Below, one piece after another: positions 1 to 9,693 of a stretch of 64,000 bases of DNA. How positions within the stretch are numbered: the stretch's first letter is position 1; the number at the start of each line of letters is the position of its first letter. A program made the translations under genes and the position numbers. The notes beneath the pieces are model-generated. The model had not been told where the DNA came from. It made no database searches and saw nothing but the letters and a program-made list of their open reading frames with translations. Source of the stretch: a virus (taxonomy: Duplodnaviria > Caudoviricetes); the IMG/VR virus record IMGVR_UViG_2904399447_000014, positions 1 through 64,000 of that record; one strand, written 5' to 3'.

Positions 1-1035
1 TTACACCTTTGTTTTAGTTCCATTTTCCATCAGATCAAGCATGGCGCCTCTTTGGGCCTCTATATGCCTGATATAACCCATAAGTGTCTCAGTTTTCGTC
101 CAGGTACCTTCCTGCATGATCTGCGGAACGCTGTAGCCGGCAGCAGCCATATCTTGCGCGGCACCTACGCGGGCACTATGACCAGTCCAACACGTATAAC
201 GATCTTTGTTGGCTTTTTTGTCGGTTTTCCCGAGTGATGCCCAGGCGTCGGAGAAAATCTTTTCTATCGCCGGCGCGCTTAGCGGAGTTGCAGTGTTGAT
301 GATCGCCTTGTTAGTTCGATGTGTTCTACAAAATAGAAATGCGTCAGGATGGTCAGATAACCCAGCTGCATTTATCCAGGACGTAAGCCGCTCGGTAGAC
401 AGGGCACTGAGTGATTTCGTTACCCCGCCGGCTTTCAGAATGGTCTTCGTATAAGTTACGTTCAGTATGATCCGCCCGTCCTGCGCCCGCTCAATATCAC
501 GAACGCGCAGACGGCCTATTTCACTCATGCGCAATAGGGTGCTATAGGCAACATGAAGAAATGCCAAATTACGGATTATCGCAACGCGATCCGAGTCAGC
601 CCAAACGGCATCGATGCTAAGAAGGTCATCGCGGCGGAATGGGACTGCTTGCCCTGTCCGGTCACCAGAAACCAACGCAGATCTGCGGGTTAACCGCATG
701 GCTCGAGCGATCGTCGGTGAAGCTGTGGGAGATACCACTTGGGCCTGTTTGTGAAGCATCGAGATCAGTGAAACATGAACTTCAATAGTGCCGACAGATT
801 GGCCGCTATCTTCCAAGTGTGAAATATAGTCTCGAAGATCCGCGCTTTTCATAGGAAAAAAAGTCCGACCTTCTTTCGCCGCCCATGCCGCGACTATACG
901 CATGACACTAATTAACTGCGCCCAGGTGTTCGTAGCGAAGGCACCTTTATCGCGGACGAACTCGCGTAGCCGCTGAGAAATATCGTCCTGCGCACCTACG
1001 GCCACCAAAGAATTCAGGTCTGTAATGCCGTTCAT
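1..1035 (-). CDS. cre: Cre/Dre-family tyrosine recombinase
   Basis: Catalytic motifs LLRMSEI, YTKT, WTGHSARVGAAQDM, TW..ETLMGY; segments such as APAIEKIFSDAW and NKDRYTCWTGHSARVG closely resemble Dre of phage D6. Confidence 0.96.
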   Translation of the reverse strand: MNGITDLNSLVAVGAQDDISQRLREFVRDKGAFATNTWAQLISVMRIVAAWAAKEGRTFFPMKSADLRDYISHLEDSGQSVGTIEVHVSLISMLHKQAQVVSPTASPTIARAMRLTRRSALVSGDRTGQAVPFRRDDLLSIDAVWADSDRVAIIRNLAFLHVAYSTLLRMSEIGRLRVRDIERAQDGRIILNVTYTKTILKAGGVTKSLSALSTERLTSWINAAGLSDHPDAFLFCRTHRTNKAIINTATPLSAPAIEKIFSDAWASLGKTDKKANKDRYTCWTGHSARVGAAQDMAAAGYSVPQIMQEGTWTKTETLMGYIRHIEAQRGAMLDLMENGTKTKV

Positions 1036-1388
1036 AATTTAATAGTCCTTCAATTTACAGTTGGTAGCGCTACGTGAAAAATAATAAGTCACCAGGGGTT
1101 TTCCCCGTCAGATTCTTTGTAGCGTTACCTAGCCCAATGTTGCTACTTTTTCCATCTGGTTGATGAAAACCACCAGCGGAGAGGGAAAGGCGACTATTCG
1201 CACATCTCAAATCCTGTCAGTGATTGGGACGTCACTTTTCACTGTTTCATGTCACGCCAAGTCTGTTTGGGTGATTTGCGAACAATCCTTGCCGGCAACG
1301 TGATTAAGCCATAGGTCGGTGACACAGAAAAAATTTTTCTAATGCGGACTCGTGACGATCGCCCCGCTCAACCTTCCATAGTCGCCCC

Positions 1389-1420
1389 TAACTTTATATA
1401 AGTCCCATTATATAAAGTTA
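1389..1420. other. rox/lox-like recombination site TAACTTTATATAA-GTCCCA-TTATATAAAGTTA
   Basis: Perfect 13-bp inverted repeats around a 6-bp asymmetric core, 32 bp like rox; lies between cre and c1, the loxP position in P1. Confidence 0.93.
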
Positions 1421-1666
1421 CCGCCAAGGAGTACAGAACCGGCTCAATTTTACTTAAGACGTTATCTTTTGGGGGCTAAGAACATTTTGTGATGTGTGCC
1501 ATGGATATCCACACCTCATGGGTATAAACAATGAAGAATATCAACGTTTGTAATGCGTAAAAGTTACGTTTTCGTTTGTTATAATTTGTAATGGACAGCG
1601 ATCTAAAACCAGATAAAATAGCGCCGATGTGAAAAACTAACTGACTATTATTGTAAAGGGAGTTTC

Positions 1667-1873
1667 GTGAGTTCTTTAACCTCGCCCGACGCTGAGCAAA
1701 TATTGCAGTCGGCTAAGAATAACTTTATTAGCAGTAGGTCTTCTTCTTTCATCGCGGAAATGATGTGCATATTAAGTGCTGAGTTTCCGAGCACTTGTGT
1801 GCAGGAGGCACATCGTAGGATCAAAGCCCTTACCAACATTCATAATGCGCATTCAAATAGTTTTAGTGGTTAA
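1667..1873 (+). CDS. 68-aa hypothetical protein upstream of c1
   Basis: GTG start after AAAGGGAG RBS; position and size of P1 coi but no convincing sequence match. Confidence 0.45.
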   Translation: MSSLTSPDAEQILQSAKNNFISSRSSSFIAEMMCILSAEFPSTCVQEAHRRIKALTNIHNAHSNSFSG

Positions 1874-2088
1874 TTTTTAAAATATATTTGGCGTCTATGA
1901 CCCCTTGTAGGGGTCGCTACTCCCTCCAGTAAATCCGAACCCATCCGACCACCCCCGTAGCGTTTTTCGGCCCTCTATGGGGGGGTGTAGGTGCGGAATC
2001 CTCTTAAATCACCACCTATCTCTACGATCCAGCAAAAAACATTCTCAATTCGCGTTGAAACGTATTAAAATAAAAAGTGTGTCTGTTT

Positions 2089-2105
2089 ATCTAATAGATA
2101 ATTAG
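2089..2105 (+). promoter_or_regulatory. Putative C1 operator ATCTAATAGATAATTAG
   Basis: Identical 17-mer at 34701-34717 and single-base variants at 17902-17918 and 31509-31525; lies just upstream of c1. Confidence 0.8.
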
Positions 2106-2151
2106 AATTTTTAGATGTATCCAGAATGGATTGTGCAGCGTTAATTAACGT

Positions 2152-3120
2152 ATGGGAATGAATAATAGAATGAATACTGCCCTGTTCGATACCGCGTTTA
2201 AAGCCTTTAAGGAAGTACGGAGGGAGTGGATTCAGATTTTACAGCGCTACGCGGTGTACATTAACGATACCGGAGACGGCGTGCAACGGCCAGTGGCGGT
2301 GATCGATGATCCCGAGGTTATGAAGCGCCTGAGTCACCTACAGCTTGAATGGGAGCGTTTTTACCTCCTGGCGGAATCTCGCCGGCTTAAAAAGTTGTCG
2401 CCGCTGCCGGTTTCGTTGTATTCACCGGTACCGGTCATCGCAAGTAGTGGTGACTTAGCTGCTGTCATTGTTACCCAGGCGGCCAATACCATGAAATGGC
2501 ACAGAGACAAGGTGATCATGTCCCTGGAAAAGAAACTGGCTCAGCATGTCAAAATGCGCCGGCTGGTGGAGTCTGGTGCATTGCCACAGAGTGAGTTGCC
2601 TTTAATCAATGCGACCATTGCCGTATACGAAGCCGATCTTGAGCGCTTCAACGCTATGCCTGAAGGTACAATGCTCGTTCGCCGGCAAAGTGGATATACC
2701 GACGTTATCGTAAAAATTAAGAATGAAGCCTCACAAGATGAGGTGTCGACCTTGAGTTCTATCTTCGACGGATTTGTTGAAATCGAGGTTATTCGTGTTG
2801 GCGCCTATGGCTGCGTGGTGGATGGTTCCAAACTGAAATATGAGCCAGTTATCGACGACAAGACCACGGCGGAAACTCGTAGAAATGTATACGCCAATGT
2901 CACGCCAGTACCTTGTGCACTAATGAGTTCTAACGCCTCCTTATATCTGCTCGATGACGTGAACCGTGCCAAAGCAGAAGCGAAGCAAGCTGCCCTGGAT
3001 GAGCGTCGTAAGACGAGTCGCCAGGTAATGCGAGCTTCTCGCGGTCATATTGATGAAGGCGCAGAAGAAAAGAAGCCGCTCCGCACACGGATTTCAAGCA
3101 AAGCTGTCCCCAAAAATTGA
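2152..3120 (+). CDS. c1: C1-like primary repressor
   Basis: Blocks similar to P1 C1 (DGVQRPVAVI, RRQSGYTDVIVK, YANVTPVPC..LYLLDDV); convergent with pacB as in P1. Confidence 0.85.
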   Translation: MGMNNRMNTALFDTAFKAFKEVRREWIQILQRYAVYINDTGDGVQRPVAVIDDPEVMKRLSHLQLEWERFYLLAESRRLKKLSPLPVSLYSPVPVIASSGDLAAVIVTQAANTMKWHRDKVIMSLEKKLAQHVKMRRLVESGALPQSELPLINATIAVYEADLERFNAMPEGTMLVRRQSGYTDVIVKIKNEASQDEVSTLSSIFDGFVEIEVIRVGAYGCVVDGSKLKYEPVIDDKTTAETRRNVYANVTPVPCALMSSNASLYLLDDVNRAKAEAKQAALDERRKTSRQVMRASRGHIDEGAEEKKPLRTRISSKAVPKN

Positions 3121-3145
3121 CGCTTTCAAAGCTGCGAGGAAGAGG

Positions 3146-4663
3146 CTATGCCGCCCCTTCCTCTGCATCATCAAAGTCATCCAGGTATTTCAACGCATCC
3201 ACTCGTACATTCTCCCTGTCGAAACCAACGTCATCATTTGCGGCCACAAAATCCACCAGCATCGAGAAGCAATACGTATCCCATAGGTCAGGTGACTTGA
3301 TATTAAGTTTCTGACGCATTACGGTTTTTTTCATGATCACGTTCTGGCCCATCTCATTTATGTCGACGGGGATCTTACTGGCTTGTTCAGCTGTTTTAGG
3401 GTTCGCATCAAGACGCATACGACCGGACTTTATCGCATCCCTTGCCATAATGTTGGCAAAAGCGCGTTGGTTGGCAAATCGCTGTTTATCGTCGCGGGAG
3501 TGCATTGGTTTACCCCAATTTATACGAACAACAGGCACACCAAGGGACTCTAATTCCCTCACTGTTGCGTCGCCAATGCCGTCGGCATCCACGGCTATTG
3601 TTATGTTGGGGAACTTCTCTTGAGTGCATTCCTGGAAGATATAGTGCGCAAACTTCACGGGGTGACAGTCGCCGGCCATCTCCATTACCAAGAACGGAAC
3701 TACTCGCCTGGTGTGGCGCCGACCGGACACCCTGAAAATACTCAACACTGATTTGTCGCGGCCGTTACCAACGTCACAACACGCAACCCAACCCCAGCCT
3801 TTATGGAGGCGTACTTTCCGCCGGGCTGCCCGTTCGCATTCATCACGCCCCAGCAGGAAGCCATGAGCATTTTTAGGGAACAGCCCAAGCACCTTGATTT
3901 GATACTCAGGGTTATCGCGGCCACCATACTCCAGCAGTTTGCTGCGTATAAACTTCTCATTTACCCAAGGGGACTCCTCAGAGTTAAGCGTAATAGCTGT
4001 AAAGTCGCCCCTTGGGTTTTCCTTGGAGCGGGCAAGCTTGTGATGAGAGTCGTAGAAATAGCCACTTGGGCGAGTTGGCTGAGATATCAGTAATAGTCGG
4101 TTATCGTCCTCTGTCAGGGCGCCAGTGATGATACCGAAAGCTTTGTCATTAACACCTGACGCTTCATCGATGATGTAAAACAGGTGTTTAGCGTGTTCGC
4201 CGGCAAGTGCCTCTTCATTACCACGGCGGAAGCCCTTTGGAATGACTGTCCAGCTGCCTTTATTGGCGATCTCATAGAAAGACGTATCGGTGATTACAAA
4301 GTAATTCTGGAGCCACGGTTGCCGGCGAACGCATTCATTCCAGTTTTGTTTTATATATTTGAAGATACCGGTCATAACCTGCTGGATTTTGTTCGCAACG
4401 ATAATGACGCGCGCACCTGGGTAAAACATGAGGTAGCACAGGATCATGATAGAGGTCATGTCCGATTTACCCGTACCATGCCCGGATGCAACAGTTGTGC
4501 GGCTACCAGTATCTTGGGCGGCGTTGATAATCTCTTCCTGCTGCCAGCTGGGGATCTTACCGAACAGCTCCACGGCTGCCAGGCTCCAGTCATAGCGATA
4601 GCGGATTACCATATCCCGCCAGCGGGGGTCGGTGATGACCGAACGTATCGTTTTACGCGCCAT
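3146..4663 (-). CDS. pacB: Terminase large subunit
   Basis: Walker A SGHGTGKS, Walker B IIDEASG, nuclease motifs CCDVG and SPDLWDT; strong likeness to P1 PacB; start moved to MARKTIRS. Confidence 0.97.
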   Translation of the reverse strand: MARKTIRSVITDPRWRDMVIRYRYDWSLAAVELFGKIPSWQQEEIINAAQDTGSRTTVASGHGTGKSDMTSIMILCYLMFYPGARVIIVANKIQQVMTGIFKYIKQNWNECVRRQPWLQNYFVITDTSFYEIANKGSWTVIPKGFRRGNEEALAGEHAKHLFYIIDEASGVNDKAFGIITGALTEDDNRLLLISQPTRPSGYFYDSHHKLARSKENPRGDFTAITLNSEESPWVNEKFIRSKLLEYGGRDNPEYQIKVLGLFPKNAHGFLLGRDECERAARRKVRLHKGWGWVACCDVGNGRDKSVLSIFRVSGRRHTRRVVPFLVMEMAGDCHPVKFAHYIFQECTQEKFPNITIAVDADGIGDATVRELESLGVPVVRINWGKPMHSRDDKQRFANQRAFANIMARDAIKSGRMRLDANPKTAEQASKIPVDINEMGQNVIMKKTVMRQKLNIKSPDLWDTYCFSMLVDFVAANDDVGFDRENVRVDALKYLDDFDDAEEGAA

Positions 4664-5900
4664 CTTTTGCCCCTCCTGGCCCATACAACTCTTCGTCGGT
4701 TAGTTCGTCATCAAACTCCTCGTCAGACTCAAATTCACTACTTATAAACTCGCCCTCGCGTCCATCTCCATCGGCGTCAATATCTCCATAGCTACCTTCA
4801 TCAACGATCTGCGCGACCATTGCTCGCCGTTCTGCAATGAATTCCTCTTTACCCTCCCTCATTGCCTTATGCTTTCTGGCTTCTGCATCGATTTGTTCAT
4901 CATCGACGGTACTTGTATTGTCATCAGGCTCAGGTGGCTTGGTGGCCTCTATACGGGCTTGCTGCATCAAATGAGGGGGAACTATGCCTCCGTTTGCTTC
5001 GATGAACTCTGCCGTCTCCTGATAGCTCCAGTCGTGTTCCTTTTGTTGTTCATAGGCCACCGCAATCAGATTAAGAGTTTCCATTTTGATGCTGTGGGCC
5101 TCTTCCTCTCTGCGCGACTTCAACATCACTGAACGTAGTGCGCTCATCGATTTGGCTGTTTCACCGATCCCTACACTGACATTGAGTAGCATCTGTAGCG
5201 TTTTGTGTACCGGGTGCGTGCCTCCTTCATCTGGCTTGAACCCCTCAGCCTCCTCGTCTAACCGATCGAGACTACGATTGCGAGCGCGCTCCATGAGTTT
5301 TAGGTGGGAATAGACCATTGCAATTGAGCGAGCTTCTAGGGTGTTAATGAAGTTTGGATCTTGCATTTCCTCAAGGGTGTCCTCCACATCCTGGGGGCGA
5401 GGTGTTGCATAACGGCCATGAATAATGCACTCCTCGTTCATGTGTCCAAAGCGACGGCCGCCCCGCGCTTTAGGCACATGAAGCAGGGCCGCATCGTCCA
5501 CCCCGTTCGCCGCCGGGAAAGTGATCTTTTTGTCGCTTGCGTGATCACGTGCTTTTCGTGATCGCTTATGGTCTGCCGCCTCAGCGCTAAATCGTGTATC
5601 ACCAGAGCTGGTGCGGGTTCGTCGTGTTTTTTTGGGGGCAGTGATCACGTGATCACTTTCGTTCCCGATAGGATGATCACTTGAACGATCACGTTTGTGA
5701 TCACCTTTAGAGGCCTTTCCTGCTGTCGCTTTCTTTGGTTTATTTTTTGTGGCCGGCTGCGACTGGTCTGCCGACTTCTTTTTTAGCTCTCTACGGGCCG
5801 TATTTGCGTTCAAGCCGTGGGCTTCTGCATATTCCTTGACTGTGATCCCTCGCTCATTTTGGAGCGCGGTAAATCTTTCTCTGTGCTCATCCCAGGTCAT
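4653..5900 (-). CDS. pacA: Terminase small subunit
   Basis: [29 protein letters not shown]-terminus like P1 PacA; overlaps pacB start; contains the GATC cluster. Confidence 0.93.
   Translation of the reverse strand: MTWDEHRERFTALQNERGITVKEYAEAHGLNANTARRELKKKSADQSQPATKNKPKKATAGKASKGDHKRDRSSDHPIGNESDHVITAPKKTRRTRTSSGDTRFSAEAADHKRSRKARDHASDKKITFPAANGVDDAALLHVPKARGGRRFGHMNEECIIHGRYATPRPQDVEDTLEEMQDPNFINTLEARSIAMVYSHLKLMERARNRSLDRLDEEAEGFKPDEGGTHPVHKTLQMLLNVSVGIGETAKSMSALRSVMLKSRREEEAHSIKMETLNLIAVAYEQQKEHDWSYQETAEFIEANGGIVPPHLMQQARIEATKPPEPDDNTSTVDDEQIDAEARKHKAMREGKEEFIAERRAMVAQIVDEGSYGDIDADGDGREGEFISSEFESDEEFDDELTDEELYGPGGAKDGA
5521..5704. other. pac (packaging initiation) site
   Basis: Eight GATC sites, five as TGATCA, in two clusters (5523, 5543, 5560 and 5643, 5651, 5675, 5687, 5699) flanking an about 80-bp gap in the 5' part of pacA; same layout as P1 pac. 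Confidence 0.88.
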
Positions 5901-5940
5901 TCGATGCTACTCAGTGGCCTAATTTCAGTACGTGCAACGC

Positions 5941-5959
5941 GGTATATCAAAAGTGAGTA
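5941..5959 (-). promoter_or_regulatory. Late promoter for pacA-pacB (TACTCACTT-TTGA-TATACC)
   Basis: Matches the motif found before eight other late operons; last -10 base deviates. Confidence 0.7.
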
Positions 5960-6105
5960 ATGAAGCTGGCATTTTTAGATTTATCATGTTTTTGAAATCA
6001 TTAATTAACCATTTGCAATCAAATATCATCTCTTTGCTTGAATGGATGATCGCAGTGAGATAATCTCTCACCGTGTTTTACCTAACAGAGAAAAAGGCGA
6101 AAAAA

Positions 6106-7209
6106 ATGAGCAAAAACAAACCAGTTTATGTGGCTTTAGACTGTGGCTCTGGCAATGTTGCTACCGTAATGGAGAATAAGGGCGAGGTTCAGATTCGTGT
6201 AACTCCATCGTTTGTAGCGAGAGTGCTGGGACAGGCGAAAGAAAGCGACTCGAAGACTAACTGGGTTACAACGGGTGCCAGCGGCGAACTGGAAACCTAT
6301 GCTGTGATGAATAAGGCTATCGGCGCCATTGATACCCGGACACCCGATTATCAACTGAGCGCGGCTTGTCGTGTGCTTGTAGTTAATGCTTTGGCACAGC
6401 TCAAACTTGGCGGCCGCAAAGTAGTAATCGCTGACACCTTGCCGGCAGACCAGTATTACGATGATAACAACGCCATAAACCGCCAGCAGATCGAGCTGAA
6501 GAGAAATTCCTTGATGACCGCGGTAACCAACGCCACCAGCGAAATTGCTTCACCTGATATCGTGTGTGTTGAAATTATGCCGGAAGCCGTGACCGCATAT
6601 AATGCAGCCCTATACACTCAGGATGGGCAAGATAACCCGTTCCTGATAGGTGCCAAGGATGTAGCCATTATCGATATTGGCCGCTATACCTGCGATGTCG
6701 CACACTTGGACTGTGACAACCATACCCTGTTCTCCCGTGGCACAACCCCTCGCGGTGTTCATATCATGCTGGAAGCGGTCAAAATGCAGATGATTGACCA
6801 GGCAGAAACGATCGGTATCCCTGTGGAGAAAGTTCGCGTGATGACGCTCGATGACATCGACTCCATTGTCCGCAAGGGCTACTACGGTTCGAGCATTGAA
6901 GCCTTGAAGGATAAACGTGTGTATCTTGACCATATCATCTCGGCTGCGGCAGCTAGCTTCGCAAGTGAAATCAACTATGCTCTCAAAACGATTGTTAAGT
7001 CACTTGGCAGCATCGACGCACTGATTATTGTTGGTGGCGGCGCCTACTATATTGGTGGCTTGCTTCGAGAAATGCCTAACTTTGTTGCGGATTGGCATGA
7101 TAACGTTGTGATACCCCACCAGCCAGAAACTGCGGTTGCACGAGGCGCCTACCTTGCCCTGCTGGCCCGGCATGATGTGGAAGAACAAACAACTGAAATT
7201 GAGGCTTAA
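6106..7209 (+). CDS. parM: ParM/StbA-family actin-like ATPase
   Basis: Phosphate-1 ALDCGSGNV, phosphate-2 IIDIGRYTCDV and adenosine IIVGGGA motifs; ATG at 6106 after AAGG. Confidence 0.9.
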   Translation: MSKNKPVYVALDCGSGNVATVMENKGEVQIRVTPSFVARVLGQAKESDSKTNWVTTGASGELETYAVMNKAIGAIDTRTPDYQLSAACRVLVVNALAQLKLGGRKVVIADTLPADQYYDDNNAINRQQIELKRNSLMTAVTNATSEIASPDIVCVEIMPEAVTAYNAALYTQDGQDNPFLIGAKDVAIIDIGRYTCDVAHLDCDNHTLFSRGTTPRGVHIMLEAVKMQMIDQAETIGIPVEKVRVMTLDDIDSIVRKGYYGSSIEALKDKRVYLDHIISAAAASFASEINYALKTIVKSLGSIDALIIVGGGAYYIGGLLREMPNFVADWHDNVVIPHQPETAVARGAYLALLARHDVEEQTTEIEA

Positions 7210-7211
7210 TT

Positions 7212-7691
7212 ATGGCTGAAAACAAACGCCGGCTACTTCAGCTTAATCTGGATAAAGTTGCTGCTCACAGCTATTTTGGAAAGCGCTTTGTCGATAAGCA
7301 CCAAAAGACTGATGCTCTGGTGTCCCGGCAGGCACTGCTGTTCAACTCGATCAGCATCGGCAATATGATTATCGAAAGTGGTTTGGATAGCGCCTTTAAG
7401 GCCCTGGATAATGCGACGTTTGCGAACGCCAGTAAGGCGGATCGAGCCGAAATGATTCTTCGAGCGTTGGAGCTATTTAGCGGAGTTAAAACCAACAGCG
7501 CCAAAATCCCTCAACAAGCTCATGAGCCGGTAGTGCAAAGGGTTGTTGATTCAGCGCCACCAGCAGTGAAAGCTGAAGAGAAGCCCGTGGATCAGACACC
7601 TGAAGTACCGGCTGAAGAATACAGTGACAGCGCCGAAACCACAAAAATGTCATTGCCGTTAAAACGTGATAAAGCCCGAACGTTTAGCTAA
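7212..7691 (+). CDS. Putative ParR/StbB-type adaptor
   Basis: Starts 3 bp after the ParM gene; folded N-half and P/E/A-rich low-complexity tail. Confidence 0.6.
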   Translation: MAENKRRLLQLNLDKVAAHSYFGKRFVDKHQKTDALVSRQALLFNSISIGNMIIESGLDSAFKALDNATFANASKADRAEMILRALELFSGVKTNSAKIPQQAHEPVVQRVVDSAPPAVKAEEKPVDQTPEVPAEEYSDSAETTKMSLPLKRDKARTFS

Positions 7692-8066
7692 TAGGCTGTG
7701 AAATAACTCCCTTCCAAAAGCCATCGCACTAAGCATGGCTTTTTCTTTTGCATCCCCCCTGAGTGTTTCCTTGATGATGGTCGTGGACAGATCAGTGCGT
7801 CGACCATTTCGGAACTTGAAGTAATGGCTGCTGATAGCTTTCAAGTGGAAAGTTCGCGGCCGGATCTCGTCATAAAGCACGCAATCCGCCTGGTTGGAAC
7901 GGTAGAAACCTTTCAACCGTATGTAGATGTCATTTTTTTCTATGAGGAGGCCTGGATACGCTTTCTGGAGAAGAATAGTTAGCTCGGGGGCTGAGACAGG
8001 CCTATTTAGCCTCAACATAAAATCTGCGACTTCTGCACTGTTGATACGTGGGCGATTTTCCTGCAT
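7659..8066 (-). CDS. lpa: Late promoter activator
   Basis: SAEVADFM..APELTILLQKAYPGL..DIYIRLKG..RPRTFHL aligns with P1 Lpa; start at MQENRP after GAAGGA. Confidence 0.85.
   Translation of the reverse strand: MQENRPRINSAEVADFMLRLNRPVSAPELTILLQKAYPGLLIEKNDIYIRLKGFYRSNQADCVLYDEIRPRTFHLKAISSHYFKFRNGRRTDLSTTIIKETLRGDAKEKAMLSAMAFGRELFHSLLAKRSGFITF
7717..7749 (+). terminator. Intrinsic terminator of the parM operon (inside lpa on the opposite strand)
   Basis: AAAAGCCAT-loop-ATGGCTTTT followed by a T-tract. Confidence 0.6.
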
Positions 8067-8097
8067 TGCGTCCTTCACTCTGCGTTGTTGCGTAAAA

Positions 8098-8230
8098 CTA
8101 ATTAAATACCATGCAACGATAATAGCGGGAGATTCACGACCATTCAAATACGCTGTTGAGCCGAATAACTCACAAGTGCTAAGACGGGCGTCGATTCTTC
8201 CGTTAATGCAATACTAATTAACTAATTATT
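8098..8230 (-). promoter_or_regulatory. lpa control region with two partial C1-operator matches (8098-8114, 8214-8230)
   Basis: Both begin CTAATTAA like the full sites; 11/17 and 13/17 matches. Confidence 0.45.
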
Positions 8231-8570
8231 TCGAAACCTCTCGCAGGCCATCTTCATTTTTCAGTACATTGCTCTGTTTTGTGCCATTTCAGGCCGAATC
8301 AAACCGTCCAAATCTTGCGGGGCTTAAATATGATTCCATTTATCTATCATATGATTAGATTTAACATGACCTCTGGGTGTCATGGAGGCGCACAGCTAGA
8401 GGTATAACCTCATATGCCAATGAACTACGCTTCAAATCGGGCTTTACCAGCGCCATTGGTTTTGTTCATGCCGTTGGCGTTTCACGGCTTATTCTTTCAG
8501 GAGAAATTTTTACACCCGCTTGCGTGAGTCATGGTCAATTACTAATAATTTTTTAAAGAGGGTTTGATAA

Positions 8571-9101
8571 ATGTCCAATCTTTTAAATAATCACAACGAT
8601 AGAGTTATAACTGGCGCGGAGCTTGCGGAGACTGGCTTATCTGTCATCGCTGATGCGATCAAAAATGAACTCATATCACTTGAGGTAGGTAGGATATTTG
8701 ACGATATTTATGTTCATGCGGATAGACCCGAGGGGGTGGTTAGGATCAGTTATGTAATGTTTAGCCCAACAGTCCAGAATGAAGTTATAGCTAGGTGTTC
8801 ATTTGTGCATACCGGAGAGAGCAAGGGCTTACCACACTTTCAAGTTGACTGGGCTGTTTTATCTCATTACAGATCAAAGGGTTTTGGGAAAGCGATTGCC
8901 TTCAAGGCATTAAGTGAATTTATAAGTGGGATGCTTCCGCATTCCGAAAATGGGTTCATTGTCGAAGCTGTAGTTGATGCTGGTAATGAAGTATCCATGA
9001 GTATAGCCAGACAACTTATCGGAGGAGAGGAAATCTTAACCAAGCCTGATACAGGAATGAACGCTCATAGTTTCCTGAAGATTTACTCGCCAAATTACTA
9101 A
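8571..9101 (+). CDS. GNAT-family acetyltransferase
   Basis: Acetyl-CoA motif WAVLSHYRSKGFGKA and EAVVDAGNEVSMSIA. Confidence 0.8.
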   Translation: MSNLLNNHNDRVITGAELAETGLSVIADAIKNELISLEVGRIFDDIYVHADRPEGVVRISYVMFSPTVQNEVIARCSFVHTGESKGLPHFQVDWAVLSHYRSKGFGKAIAFKALSEFISGMLPHSENGFIVEAVVDAGNEVSMSIARQLIGGEEILTKPDTGMNAHSFLKIYSPNY

Positions 9102-9243
9102 CCTGACACCCTCGGAATGGATTTTTTTTAATCGATAAATGGCTTTTAACGGACAGTGTTGTCTACTAATCGTTTTTTCAGACAACCACCTCATTTTTAG
9201 CGTACGTTTTTGTACGGTTGGCCCTCAAACCCCGAGATCTGGT

Positions 9244-9693
9244 ATGAAACGACATAATGCAATTACCATAGCCGCTACACTGCTAATGGCCTCTCAGGCA
9301 CATTCCGCAACAAAATCCAGCATAGATCCCGCAGCAAAAGAAATAGTGTCAATGATGTGCCGGTGGGAATTGGACAGCGGTAAGCTGACCGAGCAAGCGC
9401 AACTCTTAACAGTCTATGAGAATGGTAAAGACAAATATTGGCTGGAGCTGCACCCGTCTGTTAAGGGGAGCATGCCGCCTATCGTGTACAAGCGCCATCG
9501 AGTAGGTGGTTTTGTCGAAGGTGAAAAGTACAAAGAGTATTTCTGGAAAGGCTCTAATTTCCGCCTAACGATGCTTCGAGATGCCATCTTGAGGAAAGGC
9601 GAAGTTATGCTGGGGCTAGAGGACGTTGATAATGCGGCAATGCCCGTCAGCAACGCAAAGTGTGACAATGTAACTTACGCGGACAGCAACTAA
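9244..9693 (+). CDS. Exported hypothetical protein (149 aa)
   Basis: MKRHNAITIAATLLMASQAHSA signal peptide with AHS-A cleavage site; two Cys. Confidence 0.7.
   Translation: MKRHNAITIAATLLMASQAHSATKSSIDPAAKEIVSMMCRWELDSGKLTEQAQLLTVYENGKDKYWLELHPSVKGSMPPIVYKRHRVGGFVEGEKYKEYFWKGSNFRLTMLRDAILRKGEVMLGLEDVDNAAMPVSNAKCDNVTYADSN

Noticed and set aside
5960-6050. ATCAT-like motifs upstream of parM as parC
   Set aside because: Irregular spacing and low complexity in AT-rich DNA
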